A DNA stretch of 64,000 nt from an uncultured Bacteroides sp. (GCA_947574505.1 CANPJW010000003.1:13940-77939); one strand, 5' to 3'. Shown: positions 12,849 through 24,145, counted from the stretch's first letter. A program made the numbers and translations. Notes: generated by a model not told the origin, from the sequence alone.

Positions 12849-14309
12849 TTATTTCTTGGCAGGAACATGTACCAGAATATCTAGCAGGTGTTTCCAGAAC
12901 TTATCTACAGTAGGAATAAGCATCCGTTCATCGGGAGAGTGAACACCGGTAAGAGTCGGTCCGAAAGAAATCATATCCAATGCCGGGTATTTGTCAAGGA
13001 ACAAGCCACATTCCAATCCTGCATGGATAGCTTTCACTTTGGCGTCTACACCAAATAAACGTTTATAAGATTCGGCAGCCACTTCGAGGATGGCCGAATG
13101 TGGATTCGGCTTCCATCCCGGATAACCTTCACCGAAGGTAACGTTTGCTCCCGCCAACAGGAATACGGTGCGTACAGTATTCGCTATATCATTGCGGGCA
13201 GACAAGATGGAACTGCGCTGGCTGGTTTCGATACGGATGACATTATTAGGTTTCATTTTCACGGAAGCAAGGTTTGTAGACGTTTCCACCAGTCCCGGGA
13301 TGTCTTGGCTCATGGCATATACACCATGAGGGGCGGCATATAAGGCCTTCATCAAACGGTCGGTTGTGCTTTGGTCAATAGCAGTCTTGCGGGGAGCTTC
13401 CGATTCGAGAACCAGTTTCAAGTCCGGTTCTACAACGGACAATTCATCTTCTATTTCGCTGGCGAAGATATTCAATTCGGTACGAACATCATGTTTCGCA
13501 TCTTCGGGCACAGCACAGATAGCATACGCTTCGCGGGGAATGGCATTGCGCAGATTGCCACCGTTGATTTCGCAAAGATACAAATCGTGCTTATTGGCTA
13601 TGCGGGTGAGGAAACGATTCAAAATCTTGTTCGCATTTCCTCTTCCCAAATGAATGTCGCCACCGGAATGACCGCCTTTCAGCCCTTTCACTTCCACCTT
13701 GAAGAAAAAATATCCGGCAGGAACTTCTATATCCTTATATGTAAATTCGGCTACGGAGTCAATGCCGCCGGCACATCCGATAAAGATTTCTCCTTCGTCC
13801 TCAGAGTCAAGGTTGAGAAGAATATCACCGCTCATAAAACCCTCTTGCAGGGCGAAAGCTCCGGTAAGCCCCGTTTCTTCGTCTACGGTAAACAAACATT
13901 CCAACGGACCATGTTCAATGCTGTCGTCAGCCAGAATGGCCAATTCGGTGGCTACACCGATACCGTTGTCGGCTCCAAGAGTGGTGCCTTTGGCTTTCAG
14001 CCATTCACCGTCAATTTCCGTTTCGATGGGGTCGGTGAGGAAGTCATGTTGAACATCATTGTTCTTTTCGCACACCATGTCGATATGTGATTGCAATACG
14101 ACGGTTTGAAGATTTTCCTTTCCCGGAGTAGCGGGTTTTTTAATCAATACGTTGCCGGCTTCGTCCACCTTGGTTTCCAGATTATGTTTTGCTCCGAATG
14201 CCTTCAGGTAGGCAATCATTTTCTCTTCCTTCTTCGAAGGGCGTGGCACTTGGCAGATTTCTTCGAAATACTTGAATACGCCAGTCGGCTTTAAGTCTTT
14301 TTTTTCCAT
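12849..14309 (-). CDS. pepD: Aminoacyl-histidine dipeptidase (M20)
   Basis: QSHIDMV, TLGADNGIG, DEETG, NLDSE, IHAGLECG, HSPDE. Confidence 0.95.
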   Translation of the reverse strand: MEKKDLKPTGVFKYFEEICQVPRPSKKEEKMIAYLKAFGAKHNLETKVDEAGNVLIKKPATPGKENLQTVVLQSHIDMVCEKNNDVQHDFLTDPIETEIDGEWLKAKGTTLGADNGIGVATELAILADDSIEHGPLECLFTVDEETGLTGAFALQEGFMSGDILLNLDSEDEGEIFIGCAGGIDSVAEFTYKDIEVPAGYFFFKVEVKGLKGGHSGGDIHLGRGNANKILNRFLTRIANKHDLYLCEINGGNLRNAIPREAYAICAVPEDAKHDVRTELNIFASEIEDELSVVEPDLKLVLESEAPRKTAIDQSTTDRLMKALYAAPHGVYAMSQDIPGLVETSTNLASVKMKPNNVIRIETSQRSSILSARNDIANTVRTVFLLAGANVTFGEGYPGWKPNPHSAILEVAAESYKRLFGVDAKVKAIHAGLECGLFLDKYPALDMISFGPTLTGVHSPDERMLIPTVDKFWKHLLDILVHVPAKK

Positions 14310-14442
14310 GCTGTTTTTATTTTATAATAGGAATAGAAGGGCTGTTTTCGCTTCTTCTATTGCTAAATATGGTTAATTTGATTGACTTATCTGAACTCAT
14401 ATCTCATTAAAGCCTATCTTTGCACTCACAAAATTAATAGAA

Positions 14443-14676
14443 ATGGTTGAGACTATACTGATAACTTTGTTAATAGTTGCTATTTCCCTAGCATTATTAG
14501 GGGTGAAAGTATTCTTTACTAAGGGGGGTAAGTTCCCTAATGGCCACGTGAGCGGAAATAAAGCGTTGCGTAAAAAAGGAATCGGATGTGTACAGTCTCA
14601 GGATCGTGAAGCACAAAAGAAGCCACGTTTTTCTATTGATGAGTTGGAAAAAGCCTTGAACGATAGTATGAATTAA
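14443..14676 (+). CDS. Small single-pass membrane protein
   Basis: N-terminal TM helix then GGKFPNGHV; follows a TATCTTTG promoter and precedes ompH. Confidence 0.75.
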   Translation: MVETILITLLIVAISLALLGVKVFFTKGGKFPNGHVSGNKALRKKGIGCVQSQDREAQKKPRFSIDELEKALNDSMN

Positions 14677-14703
14677 ATTTTTAAAAAACAATACTTATAA
14701 ATT

Positions 14704-15306
14704 ATGAATAGAATGAACTTCCTCATGAACGGTTTGGCTGCTCTTGCGTTTATCGTTTTATTTTCACAATGTGCTGGCAAAGCTGACAATCAAATTACTG
14801 CTGCTCCTTCTCAGGCTAACGCTGAATTGTCAGGAATGAAAATTGCGTATGTTGAAATCGATTCGTTATTAGCACAATATAACTTCTGTATCGATCTGAA
14901 TGAGGCGATGGTAAAGAAGAGCGAAAATGTCCGTTTGACATTGAACCAAAAAGCGAATGCTCTAAATAAGGAAAAACAAGAGTTCCAGAAGAAAGTTGAG
15001 AATAATGCATTTCTGTCACAAGACAGAGCTCAACAGGAATACAACCGCCTGGTGAAGTTGGAACAAGATCTGCAGGAATTGAGCAACAAACTTCAGAATG
15101 GTCTGATGGAAGAAAATAACAAGAATAGCTTGCAGTTCCGCGATTCTATCAATGCTTTCCTGAAAGAGTATAACAAGACTCATGGATATAGCTTAATCTT
15201 CAGCAACACAGGTTTCGATAACCTGCTTTATGCTGACAGTGCATTCAATATCACAAAAGAAATTGTGGATGGACTGAATGCAAGATATTCTCCAGTAAAG
15301 AAATAA
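14704..15306 (+). CDS. ompH: OmpH/Skp family periplasmic chaperone
   Basis: KIAYVEIDSLL, long coiled coil, GYSLIF..LLYAD..NIT. Confidence 0.9.
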   Translation: MNRMNFLMNGLAALAFIVLFSQCAGKADNQITAAPSQANAELSGMKIAYVEIDSLLAQYNFCIDLNEAMVKKSENVRLTLNQKANALNKEKQEFQKKVENNAFLSQDRAQQEYNRLVKLEQDLQELSNKLQNGLMEENNKNSLQFRDSINAFLKEYNKTHGYSLIFSNTGFDNLLYADSAFNITKEIVDGLNARYSPVKK

Positions 15307-15330
15307 GATTTATAAATAATGATAATTAAT

Positions 15331-15428
15331 ATGTTCCGTGCTTTGTGAAAAAGGACGGAACATGAATTCTAAAATTTTGTTTGTGTTGGTGCCTGTTCAA
15401 GACTGTGAAGCTATGAACGGGCTTTTTT
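15331..15428 (+). ncRNA. Structured 3' UTR of ompH (two GUGA-capped hairpins and a UG-rich linker); terminator and possible 3'-derived sRNA
   Basis: GTTCCGTGCTTT-GTGA-AAAGGACGGAAC-like hairpin, then TTTTGTTTGTGTTGGT, then GCCTGTTCA..CTGTGAAG..TGAACGGGC-TTTTTT. Confidence 0.45.
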
Positions 15429-15768
15429 ATGCCCTTTCTTTTTCTTCTTCCTGTGGAATACGGAAGGCGGTATAAAGTTCGAGTATAGCGGCAATAGTAA
15501 GACAAGCTATCCATTCATTGCCGCGTGTGGCGAACATGAAAGTTCCGGTCAGTATGAGTGCCAATGCCCCGAATATCTGCTGAATGCGCAGGCGTTTCAA
15601 AGTTTTGCTTTTTCCTTTGACGGGCGTGTTCACTTGCGCCAACGCGATGAATCCGGCTCCGATAGTATATATATAGGGGGCGTAAATCCATCCGGTAATA
15701 AATACGGTAGCTCCGGTAAGAGCCATTATAGCGCCGACGGCGAAAAAAGCGGGTACTAATTGTTTCAT
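15427..15768 (-). CDS. Four-TM hypothetical membrane protein
   Basis: Hydrophobic helices; co-oriented directly after the ftsB-like gene. Confidence 0.8.
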   Translation of the reverse strand: MKQLVPAFFAVGAIMALTGATVFITGWIYAPYIYTIGAGFIALAQVNTPVKGKSKTLKRLRIQQIFGALALILTGTFMFATRGNEWIACLTIAAILELYTAFRIPQEEEKERA

Positions 15769-15771
15769 TGT

Positions 15772-16068
15772 TTAATCTTCAAAAACGTAAATATCTTCGT
15801 TGGGTTTCTTCATCAGATACTTTTCGCGGGCAATCTGTTCGATAGCGTCAGGATTGGTGCTTATTTCATTGAGACGCTTCGTGTTCTCTTCATAATCCAT
15901 CCGGTACTTTTCTATCTCTTCTTTCAATAGGCTGATTTCACGTTTATATCCGAGACGACGCACCAAGCTGTTCTCGTCCAGAAAACCTATGATAACGGCA
16001 AATGCAACGACTGTAATGAGATACTTACGTCTGCATATGAAATTCCAAATACTGATTAGTTTACCCAT
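15772..16068 (-). CDS. ftsB: FtsB/DivIC septum formation initiator family protein
   Basis: TM helix, coiled coil, IEQIAREKYLMKKPNEDIYVF. Confidence 0.85.
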   Translation of the reverse strand: MGKLISIWNFICRRKYLITVVAFAVIIGFLDENSLVRRLGYKREISLLKEEIEKYRMDYEENTKRLNEISTNPDAIEQIAREKYLMKKPNEDIYVFED

Positions 16069-16217
16069 GACTTCTCCTTTTAATCCCCGCAAAGATAAAA
16101 CTAATAACTTAAAAACTTATCGCTTCGGTTTCAAAACTTCTATCCTTATCCTTTATTACTTATCACTTTTTTATGTACATTTGCACTGAACTCAAAAAAA
16201 CAGAGAGAATCCCGGAT

Positions 16218-18089
16218 ATGGAAAACTATATTGTATCAGCCCGTAAGTACCGTCCGTCCACGTTCGAGTCAGTGGTAGGTCAGCGGGCGCTGACCACTAC
16301 GCTGAAAAATGCGATTGCCACCCAGAAACTGGCTCATGCCTATTTGTTTTGCGGGCCGCGTGGAGTGGGGAAGACTACTTGCGCACGTATCTTTGCCAAA
16401 ACGATAAACTGTATGACGCCCACTGCCGACGGCGAGGCTTGCAACCAATGCGAATCCTGTGTGGCATTTAACGAACAGCGGTCGTACAATATCCACGAGC
16501 TTGATGCCGCATCCAACAACTCGGTAGACGACATCCGCCAGTTGGTGGAACAGGTGCGTATTCCGCCACAAATCGGCAAGTATAAAGTATATATCATCGA
16601 TGAGGTACATATGCTTTCCGCATCTGCTTTCAATGCGTTTCTGAAAACGCTGGAAGAACCGCCCCGTCATGCCATCTTTATTTTGGCTACAACGGAGAAA
16701 CATAAGATTCTTCCGACCATCCTTTCCCGTTGCCAGATTTATGATTTCAACCGGATTAGTGTGGAAGATACAGTGAATCACTTGTCGTATGTAGCTTCGA
16801 AAGAGGCAATCACTGCGGAACCGGAAGCATTGAACGTGATAGCGATGAAAGCGGACGGTGGTATGCGTGACGCATTGTCTATTTTCGACCAAGTGGTGAG
16901 TTTTACGGGTGGCAACATCACGTACAAGAGTGTGATTGATAATCTGAATGTACTTGATTACGAATATTATTTCCGTCTGACGGATTGCTTCCTTGAAAAC
17001 AAGGTAAGCGACGCCCTGCTGCTATTTAATGACATATTGAATAAAGGCTTCGATGGAAGCCACTTTATAACCGGCTTGTCTTCTCATTTCCGTGACTTGC
17101 TGGTGGCCAAAGACGCGGTGACATTGCCTTTGCTGGAAGTGGGGGCGAGCATACGCCAACGCTATCAGGAGCAGGCTCAGAAATGCCCGTTGCCTTTCCT
17201 GTATCAGGCAATGAAGCTTTGTAATGAATGTGATTTGAATTACCGCATCAGCAAGAACAAGCGTTTGCTGGTAGAATTGACTTTGATACAGGTTGCACAG
17301 CTTACCACCGGGGAGGATGACGGTAGTGGTGGGCGTAGCCCTAAGAAAACTATAAAACCTGTATTCACTCAGCCTGCCGCAGTTCAGCAGTCGCAGGTCG
17401 CTTCTGCAACCTCTGCCCAGCAGAATCCTGTTCATTCGTCTCCGTCTTCAACTCCAACACAGGGTGCTGGTTACACTACTGTTGCCCGTCAACCGCAGAT
17501 GCCTGCGGCGACACAGCCCGCATCGCCTTCTTCAACGAATGTGGCGGTTTCGTCAACTCCGTCACAAGGAGCAAGAGTACCCGTAAGGGAAGAACAGCGG
17601 AAAGTTCCGGTAATGAAAATGTCCAGTCTGGGCGTGTCTATCAAGAATCCGCAGCGTGGGCAGGAAATTCAGAATACGGCTGCAACTGCTGCTCCTAAGG
17701 TGCAGATGCAACCGGAAGAGGATTTGATGTTCAACGACCGTGACTTGAATTATTATTGGCAGGAATATGCAGCACAGTTGCCGAAAGAGCAGGATGCGTT
17801 AATGAAGCGTATGCAGATGCTGCGCCCGGCATTATTCAAAAACTCGACGACTTTTGAAGTTGTAGTGGATAATGAAATGGCGGCGAAAGACTTTACCGCC
17901 TTGATTCCTGAATTGCAGGAATACCTTCGTAGCCAGTTGAGGAATAGCCAGGTAGTGATGAAAGTGAGGGTCAGTGAAGCAGCAGAGACGATACGCCCGG
18001 TGGGACGTGTAGAGAAGTTTCAGATGATGGCGCAGAAGAACCAGGCTTTGATGCAACTGAAAGAGGAATTCGGACTTGAATTATATTAG
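16218..18089 (+). CDS. dnaX: DNA polymerase III subunit gamma/tau
   Basis: ARKYRP, GPRGVGKTT, Cys Zn module, DAASN, IIDEVHML, TILSRC; Q/P/S/T-rich linker. Confidence 0.97.
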   Translation: MENYIVSARKYRPSTFESVVGQRALTTTLKNAIATQKLAHAYLFCGPRGVGKTTCARIFAKTINCMTPTADGEACNQCESCVAFNEQRSYNIHELDAASNNSVDDIRQLVEQVRIPPQIGKYKVYIIDEVHMLSASAFNAFLKTLEEPPRHAIFILATTEKHKILPTILSRCQIYDFNRISVEDTVNHLSYVASKEAITAEPEALNVIAMKADGGMRDALSIFDQVVSFTGGNITYKSVIDNLNVLDYEYYFRLTDCFLENKVSDALLLFNDILNKGFDGSHFITGLSSHFRDLLVAKDAVTLPLLEVGASIRQRYQEQAQKCPLPFLYQAMKLCNECDLNYRISKNKRLLVELTLIQVAQLTTGEDDGSGGRSPKKTIKPVFTQPAAVQQSQVASATSAQQNPVHSSPSSTPTQGAGYTTVARQPQMPAATQPASPSSTNVAVSSTPSQGARVPVREEQRKVPVMKMSSLGVSIKNPQRGQEIQNTAATAAPKVQMQPEEDLMFNDRDLNYYWQEYAAQLPKEQDALMKRMQMLRPALFKNSTTFEVVVDNEMAAKDFTALIPELQEYLRSQLRNSQVVMKVRVSEAAETIRPVGRVEKFQMMAQKNQALMQLKEEFGLELY

Positions 18090-18116
18090 TCTTTTGTGAA
18101 GAAATCATATAAAATG

Positions 18117-18170
18117 AGCTTTGCCCGATTGGCTGTCATTCGACAAAAATCGGGTAAAGCTTTTATTTTT
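18117..18170 (+). terminator. Intrinsic terminator of dnaX
   Basis: AGCTTTGCCCGATT...AATCGGGTAAAGCT followed by a T-rich tail. Confidence 0.7.
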
Positions 18171-18490
18171 AATGCAGTCTGCCGTTCATACTAGGGGACG
18201 AGATTCGTGAAACTACTGTGACGGAACGTATCTATCATCTTGTAGATTTCACTCTGTTGGATAAGTACTTCCCCGGTCTATTCAAACCGGCTAAAAACTC
18301 TCTTACTGATTCTTTATGCTATAATCCGGTTTCAGCCGTTTCAGCTTTATTCGCAAACGCCTTGCTGGAAGGCGATAGCGGACTGCCCCCCCCAGAAAAG
18401 CAATATTTAGCATGATTTCAGTCTCTAAATACCTACTACCCATAAATAGAAAACCCTCATAAGTACTTAACTTACAAGGGTTTCTTCATG

Positions 18491-18565
18491 GGTGGCAGAT
18501 GGGACTCGAACCCACGACATTCAGAACCACAATCTGACGCTCTAACCAACTGAACTACAGCCACC
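18491..18565 (-). tRNA. tRNA-His(GTG)
   Basis: Reverse complement GGTGGCTGTAGTTCAGTTGGTTAGAGCGTCAGATTGTGGTTCTGAATGTCGTGGGTTCGAGTCCCATCTGCCACC; G-1:C73; upstream TATCTTTG and downstream hairpin. Confidence 0.97.
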
Positions 18566-18629
18566 ATGTCTGCGTTTCTCTAACGCGGTGCAAAGATAGA
18601 TATTATCTTTTAATCTCCAAAAAAATCCA

Positions 18630-19784
18630 CTACTTTTTTTTGTAAAAAGTATATTCTTTTATTCCCTGATTGTGCTTGCTGAAAAAGGTTCGCGCGTCAT
18701 TCGTGAAGATTTTCAGAGAGTTACGTGCTTGTAAAGGAATTGAATCAGCCGATAGGTTGACGGGGAGTAATTGATGATTTTTTTTCCCCGATTGCATCGG
18801 GCGGGCTGTCCATACCAAACTGTATTCGCAATTATTGAGACGTGTGGTACTATCTTTTACTAATTCCATCCTTACCATAAGTCCGCCATCCGTGCGACGA
18901 GCAGACATATTGGAGATAAAATTCCCTAGTGAATAAACGATGAGATGCTTGTCGTTTGTCAGGCTGTCCGTACGGACTTCGATGGGTTGTACGACGTGCG
19001 GATGCGAACCGATTACGTGGTCGACACCTTTTCGGAGCAGCCAATCGGCGAGGAACTTCTGCTCTTTGTCCGGCAAGGATTGATATTCTATCCCCCAATG
19101 CATGCAGGCGATGATTGCGTCCGGATTCAAGGCTTTTCCGGCTTCTATATCTTTTGCGATAATCGTCGTGTCGATATAGTTCACGATATTGGGCGGGGTG
19201 ACGGGGATTCCGTTTGTGCCATACGTGTAATTGAGCAGAGCGATACGGAATCCGTTTTTCTCTAATAGGAGAGGGTATTCTTTTTCGCGTGCTTCGGAGT
19301 TGATATACGTTCCAGCATGAGGAATCTTCAATGTGTCGATTAGTTGGATGGTACGTTCCAATCCGGGTCTGCCGCGGTCGAGGCTGTGGTTGTTGGCAGT
19401 CACGAGGACATTGAATCCGGCATCGTGGATGGCAGTCAGAAACTCGTCCGGTGCACTGAAGGCCGGATACCCTTTATAAGGTTTTCCGCCTAACGTGACT
19501 TCCAGGTTGGCGATGGCAAGGTCGGCTCTACTTATCTCTTCCTTGACATATTCAAAACAAGTGGAATAATCATAGCCTTTTGCAGTCCGTGCGGCATTGA
19601 TTTGTCCTTGATGTTGCATTAAGTCTCCTACGAAAAGGAGCCGGAGCGTATCGGCAGGTATAATACTGTCAATGGCGGAAAAGCTGTCCGCTGAGGTAGT
19701 ATTAATAGAATCTCTCCTTGCCTGCGACCGTGAGGTGCAGGACAGGGAGAGAAGCATGATTATCAGAAACAGTGTGTGCCTCAT
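18630..19784 (-). CDS. CapA (poly-gamma-glutamate synthesis-like metallophosphoesterase) lipoprotein
   Basis: FVGDLM, ANLE, ANNHSLD, HWGIEY, GSHPHV, YSLGNF; lipobox LSC. Confidence 0.9.
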   Translation of the reverse strand: MRHTLFLIIMLLSLSCTSRSQARRDSINTTSADSFSAIDSIIPADTLRLLFVGDLMQHQGQINAARTAKGYDYSTCFEYVKEEISRADLAIANLEVTLGGKPYKGYPAFSAPDEFLTAIHDAGFNVLVTANNHSLDRGRPGLERTIQLIDTLKIPHAGTYINSEAREKEYPLLLEKNGFRIALLNYTYGTNGIPVTPPNIVNYIDTTIIAKDIEAGKALNPDAIIACMHWGIEYQSLPDKEQKFLADWLLRKGVDHVIGSHPHVVQPIEVRTDSLTNDKHLIVYSLGNFISNMSARRTDGGLMVRMELVKDSTTRLNNCEYSLVWTARPMQSGKKNHQLLPVNLSADSIPLQARNSLKIFTNDARTFFSKHNQGIKEYTFYKKK

Positions 19785-20662
19785 TGATAAATGGCTTTCT
19801 TACCGGCTAAGAGTGTGTTTTTCATTAACGATACAATCGTCATCGGCCCGACGCCACCCGGTACGGGAGTGATGAATGAACACTTCGGAGCCACTTCATC
19901 AAACTTCACGTCGCCGGTCAGTTTGAATCCGGATTTCTTTGTAGCGTCCGGCACGCGGGTAGTACCTACGTCGATAACTACTGCGCCTTCTTTTACCATT
20001 TCGGCTTTCACGAAGTTGGGCTGTCCCAAAGCGGCGATAATAATATCAGCTTCCTGGCATTCTTTCATCAGGTCTTTGCTGCGGCTGTGGCATACGGTTA
20101 CGGTGGCGTCACCCGGATAAGCCTTTTGCATCATTAGTGCAGCCATCGGTTTGCCAACGATGTTGCTGCGTCCGAGCACGACACATTTCTTGCCCGAAGT
20201 TTCTATTTCGTAGCGTTTCAGCAGTTCGAGGATACCGTTGGGAGTAGCAGACACATAGCAGGGAAGCCCGATGGACATGCGGCCTACGTTTATCGGGTGG
20301 AAGCCGTCTACGTCTTTACGGTAATCAATGGTTTCAATTACTTTCTGTTCGGAGATATGTTTTGGTAACGGGAGTTGCACGATGAAGCCGTCCACATCGC
20401 TGTCTTCGTTAAGTTCGCGTACTTTGGCTAGCAGTTCTTCCTCGGTCACGTCACTTTCGTAACGGATGAGTGAGGATTTGAATCCGCAAACTTCGCAGGC
20501 TTTTACTTTGGCGGCTACATACGTTTCGCTGCCACCGTCATGTCCCACAAGGATTGCTGCTAAATGAGGGCGTTTGCCGCCACGAGCCACAATTTCGGCC
20601 ACTTCGGCTGCAATCTCTTGTTTCACTTGTTCGGAAATGGCTTTGCCATCTATCAGAGTCAT
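19781..20662 (-). CDS. folD: Methylenetetrahydrofolate dehydrogenase/cyclohydrolase
   Basis: [38 protein letters not shown]. Confidence 0.97.
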   Translation of the reverse strand: MTLIDGKAISEQVKQEIAAEVAEIVARGGKRPHLAAILVGHDGGSETYVAAKVKACEVCGFKSSLIRYESDVTEEELLAKVRELNEDSDVDGFIVQLPLPKHISEQKVIETIDYRKDVDGFHPINVGRMSIGLPCYVSATPNGILELLKRYEIETSGKKCVVLGRSNIVGKPMAALMMQKAYPGDATVTVCHSRSKDLMKECQEADIIIAALGQPNFVKAEMVKEGAVVIDVGTTRVPDATKKSGFKLTGDVKFDEVAPKCSFITPVPGGVGPMTIVSLMKNTLLAGKKAIYQ

Positions 20663-20769
20663 ATTTTCAAAGTATTTATTGGTGATGGGCAAAAGTAAAA
20701 TAAATAACTGAACTGTCCAAAAAGATTGGAGTATAAAAAAGAAGATGCCTCTGCGGCATCTTCTTTTTG

Positions 20770-21356
20770 TATGGAGAGCATATAATTATCTCAAAGCAGC
20801 TTCTAACATCTCGGCGATATTGAAATTGGCGGACTGCTATAAGCGGGGGATAGGCTGCAAGGCTGATTATTCAAAAGCGATGGAGGAATACCTGCATATG
20901 GCAGAACGTACCGGTCGTTACTGGGAAAGATACGTTGACAGTATAGGGACAGCATTATATGAAATTGGCAATATGTATATGAATGGTTTAGGAGTAGGTA
21001 TTGATTTGAAGAAAGCTCATCATTATTTCAAATTTGCTGTGAAGAAAGGCAATCTTGATGCTGAAAACGCGCTCAACAATAAGAAGTTCAGAGATTTTAA
21101 AATATGAAACTGCGAACATTGTGTTTCGAGGGCGATTATGTTCTTGAAAAAAGAGAGAAGGAGAAATCCGACCAAATGGTTGAAAAAGGTGGTGAACGGC
21201 AAACATCTGTCGGGTATGGACTTGGCGGAAGCGTTATGTCTGTTGGGTAGCTGCTATCAGTATGGTTGGGGTGTGGAATATGACATGACATCGGTCACTA
21301 TGCAATGGGATAACTACAAGAGAATGGTTTGGAAATCTATAAAGATACCAAAATAA
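20770..21356 (+). pseudogene. Decayed SEL1-like repeat gene fragments
   Basis: LADCYKRGIGCKADY, IGNMYMNGLGVGIDLKKA and LGSCYQYGWGVEYD are SEL1 repeats; no credible start (the ORF start lies inside a terminator hairpin); split into pieces. Confidence 0.65.
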
Positions 21357-21441
21357 TAAGAGAAAAGCAATACCCTCTTACAAAAAAAGAGGAAGCCGTG
21401 GCTCCCTCTTTCTATTCGGAATTTAGAAATGATTCTTTCTT

Positions 21442-22764
21442 TTATCTCTTCATTTTCGGCATCATCTTGCCCATTTTGCTGCCAGTTACCATTTTCATCA
21501 TTTTACGGGTCTGGTCAAATTGTTTCAGCAAGCGGTTTACTTCCTGAATCGTTGTTCCGCTACCTTTGGCGATGCGTGTGCGGCGTGAGCCGTTCAGAAT
21601 TTCCGGGTTGGAACGTTCTGCTGGGGTCATTGAGTAGATAATGGCTTCGATGCTCTTGAAAGCGTTGTCGTCAATCTCAATGTCCTTGATTGCTTTGCCT
21701 ACTCCCGGAATCATGGAAGCAAGATCTTTCAGATTACCCATCTTCTTGATTTGGGCAATCTGGCTGAGGAAGTCGTTGAAGTCGAACTGGTTCTTGGCAA
21801 TCTTTTTCTGCAAGCGTTTGGCTTCTTCTTCGTCATATTGCTCCTGTGCACGTTCTACCAGTGAAACGATGTCACCCATGCCGAGAATGCGGTCTGCCAT
21901 ACGGGCAGGGTGAAACTGGTCGATTGCTTCCAGCTTTTCTCCAGTACCTACGAACTTGATTGGCTTGTTGACTACCGAACGGATAGAAAGAGCCGCACCA
22001 CCACGGGTGTCACCGTCGAGTTTGGTAAGTACCACACCGTTGAAGTCCAAGCGTTCGTTAAATTCCCTGGCTGTGTTTACAGCATCCTGACCAGTCATGG
22101 AGTCTACTACGAACAGGATTTCGTTCGGGTTGATGGCTTCTTTGATAGCAGCGATTTCGTTCATCATCTGTTCGTCTACTGCCAGACGTCCGGCGGTATC
22201 GACGATGACGAGGTCATATCCTTTGGATTTTGCTTCCTGGATGGCGTGTTGTGCGATTTCAACCGGATTCTTGCTATCTAGTTCGCAGTACATCGGTACT
22301 TCGATTTGTTCTGCCAATACGCGCAACTGTTCGATAGCTGCCGGACGGTAAACGTCACAAGCCACCAGTAATGGTTTACGGTTTTTCTTGGTTTTCAGCA
22401 TCCGTGCCAACTTACCGGAGAAGGTGGTCTTACCCGAACCTTGCAAACCTGACATCAGGATAACTGCCGGACGGGCGTTGATATTGATTTCGGCTGTCTC
22501 TCCACCCATCAACTGCGTAAGCTCGTCATGTACGATCTTCACCATCAACTGGCTTGGCTTCACAGCCGTAAGCACGTTCTGGCCAAGAGCTTTTTCTTTC
22601 ACCGTATCCGTGAAATTCTTTGCTACCTTGTAGTTTACGTCGGCGTCAAGAAGTGCCTTGCGTACGTCTTTCAGCGTCTCCGCTACGTTGATTTCGGTGA
22701 TTTTGCCTTCACCTTTCAGAATCTTGAATGACCGTTCCAGTCTTTCACTTAAATTATCGAACAT
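21442..22764 (-). CDS. ffh: Signal recognition particle protein
   Basis: GLQGSGKTT, DTAGR, TKLDGD, Met-rich M domain. Confidence 0.98.
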   Translation of the reverse strand: MFDNLSERLERSFKILKGEGKITEINVAETLKDVRKALLDADVNYKVAKNFTDTVKEKALGQNVLTAVKPSQLMVKIVHDELTQLMGGETAEININARPAVILMSGLQGSGKTTFSGKLARMLKTKKNRKPLLVACDVYRPAAIEQLRVLAEQIEVPMYCELDSKNPVEIAQHAIQEAKSKGYDLVIVDTAGRLAVDEQMMNEIAAIKEAINPNEILFVVDSMTGQDAVNTAREFNERLDFNGVVLTKLDGDTRGGAALSIRSVVNKPIKFVGTGEKLEAIDQFHPARMADRILGMGDIVSLVERAQEQYDEEEAKRLQKKIAKNQFDFNDFLSQIAQIKKMGNLKDLASMIPGVGKAIKDIEIDDNAFKSIEAIIYSMTPAERSNPEILNGSRRTRIAKGSGTTIQEVNRLLKQFDQTRKMMKMVTGSKMGKMMPKMKR

Positions 22765-22822
22765 AGTTATTTAATTACTAATTAATTATTTGAGCCTGCA
22801 AATGTACAAAAATCTCTCGGAT

Positions 22823-24145
22823 TTATATCTTTTTATTCTGCCATTTTGCTTTTTTGAGATAAATATAGCTTGTTATCAATAGCAAGGTATAGTACACTAT
22901 CTCAATTGTAAAGCAGATTTCGATCGGTGCTTTCAGCCACATTCCGATGAATATGATGTATGAACCGTAGATGAAGATTGTTATTGTTTCGAGCAATAGG
23001 GCGGCCTGCGTATTTCCCGTGCCGGAAATGCCGTTGAACGCAACATTGGCTACCGACGCGATGAGCATGGCGATGCAAATCACGTGGACTGATGGGACGG
23101 ACTCTGTGATAAGCGCGGCTTCGCTGGTATAGACAGACAGAAGAAACTGTGGAAATAGTGCTGTGACCGCTACGAGCCCCAACATAATGAAGAACGAGAA
23201 TCTTGCAATTTTGTTGATGAGCGGCATTACATGCTTGATGCCGCCGGCACCGATGGCGTTGCTGACAAGGCTGTTTGTGGTGGTCGCCAGTGAGTTGACG
23301 GGAATCAACAATACAACGTAGATACTCCGGACGATGTTGGCGATGGCAAGCTCCCGCTGTCCCAGCCGTTCTACGGCTACGAAGAAGATGAACCAGGTGC
23401 CCATCGACAGGAAGTATTGGAGCATGGTGAAACAGGAGATGCTGAGAATCCGCATCAATAACGCAGGATCGAACGAACGCAGGCGGTTCAATCCGTATTT
23501 TTTTAAGTCGATAGTGACGTATGTGTAGATAAGGAAAAAGAGAATCGAAGAGACTTCTGCCAGTACGGATGCAATGGCGGCTCCCTTGATGCCCATTTCC
23601 GGCAGTCCGAATTTACCGAAAATTAATGCGTAGTCCAGCACGACATTGGTCAATGCCATGACTACTGCGTTGATGGTAAGCACTTTGGTACGTGTGATAC
23701 CGATATATAATGCCCGAAACATGACATTGACGAAAGAGAAGAAAAATCCGTAGATGCGCCAGTCGAGAAACTCCATCGTCCCTTCGTAGATGGACTCTGA
23801 AGATACAAGCAGCCGCATGATGTTTCCGCCGAACGCTTTGGTAAAGCCGAACAGTATCAGTGCCATGCTAAACAGGAACATGACGCCTTGGATCATGACC
23901 GGACCTACATCCGTATAGCGTCCCTCGCCATTGCGTCTGGCGATGACTATCTGAGAGCCGGTACTGAATCCGAATGCTATGGTGAATACACATATATAGA
24001 ATAACCCGCCCATGGCAGATGCTCCGAGGGCTACCTCACTCACGTGTCCGAGGAATGCCGTGTCGGTGACGTTGATGACATTTTGTGCCAGCAAGCTCAG
24101 TAGTATCGGGTAACTGACACTCCAAATCTGTTTGTTGGTATACAT
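22823..24145 (-). CDS. MATE family efflux transporter
   Basis: DTAFLGH, NVVLDYALIFGKFGLPEMGIKGAAIAS; about 12 TM helices. Confidence 0.93.
   Translation of the reverse strand: MYTNKQIWSVSYPILLSLLAQNVINVTDTAFLGHVSEVALGASAMGGLFYICVFTIAFGFSTGSQIVIARRNGEGRYTDVGPVMIQGVMFLFSMALILFGFTKAFGGNIMRLLVSSESIYEGTMEFLDWRIYGFFFSFVNVMFRALYIGITRTKVLTINAVVMALTNVVLDYALIFGKFGLPEMGIKGAAIASVLAEVSSILFFLIYTYVTIDLKKYGLNRLRSFDPALLMRILSISCFTMLQYFLSMGTWFIFFVAVERLGQRELAIANIVRSIYVVLLIPVNSLATTTNSLVSNAIGAGGIKHVMPLINKIARFSFFIMLGLVAVTALFPQFLLSVYTSEAALITESVPSVHVICIAMLIASVANVAFNGISGTGNTQAALLLETITIFIYGSYIIFIGMWLKAPIEICFTIEIVYYTLLLITSYIYLKKAKWQNKKI

Noticed and set aside
18170-18450. Island or ORF (18218-18415) downstream of tRNA-His
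   Set aside because: No att duplication or integrase. It looks like decayed coding sequence that I cannot assign.
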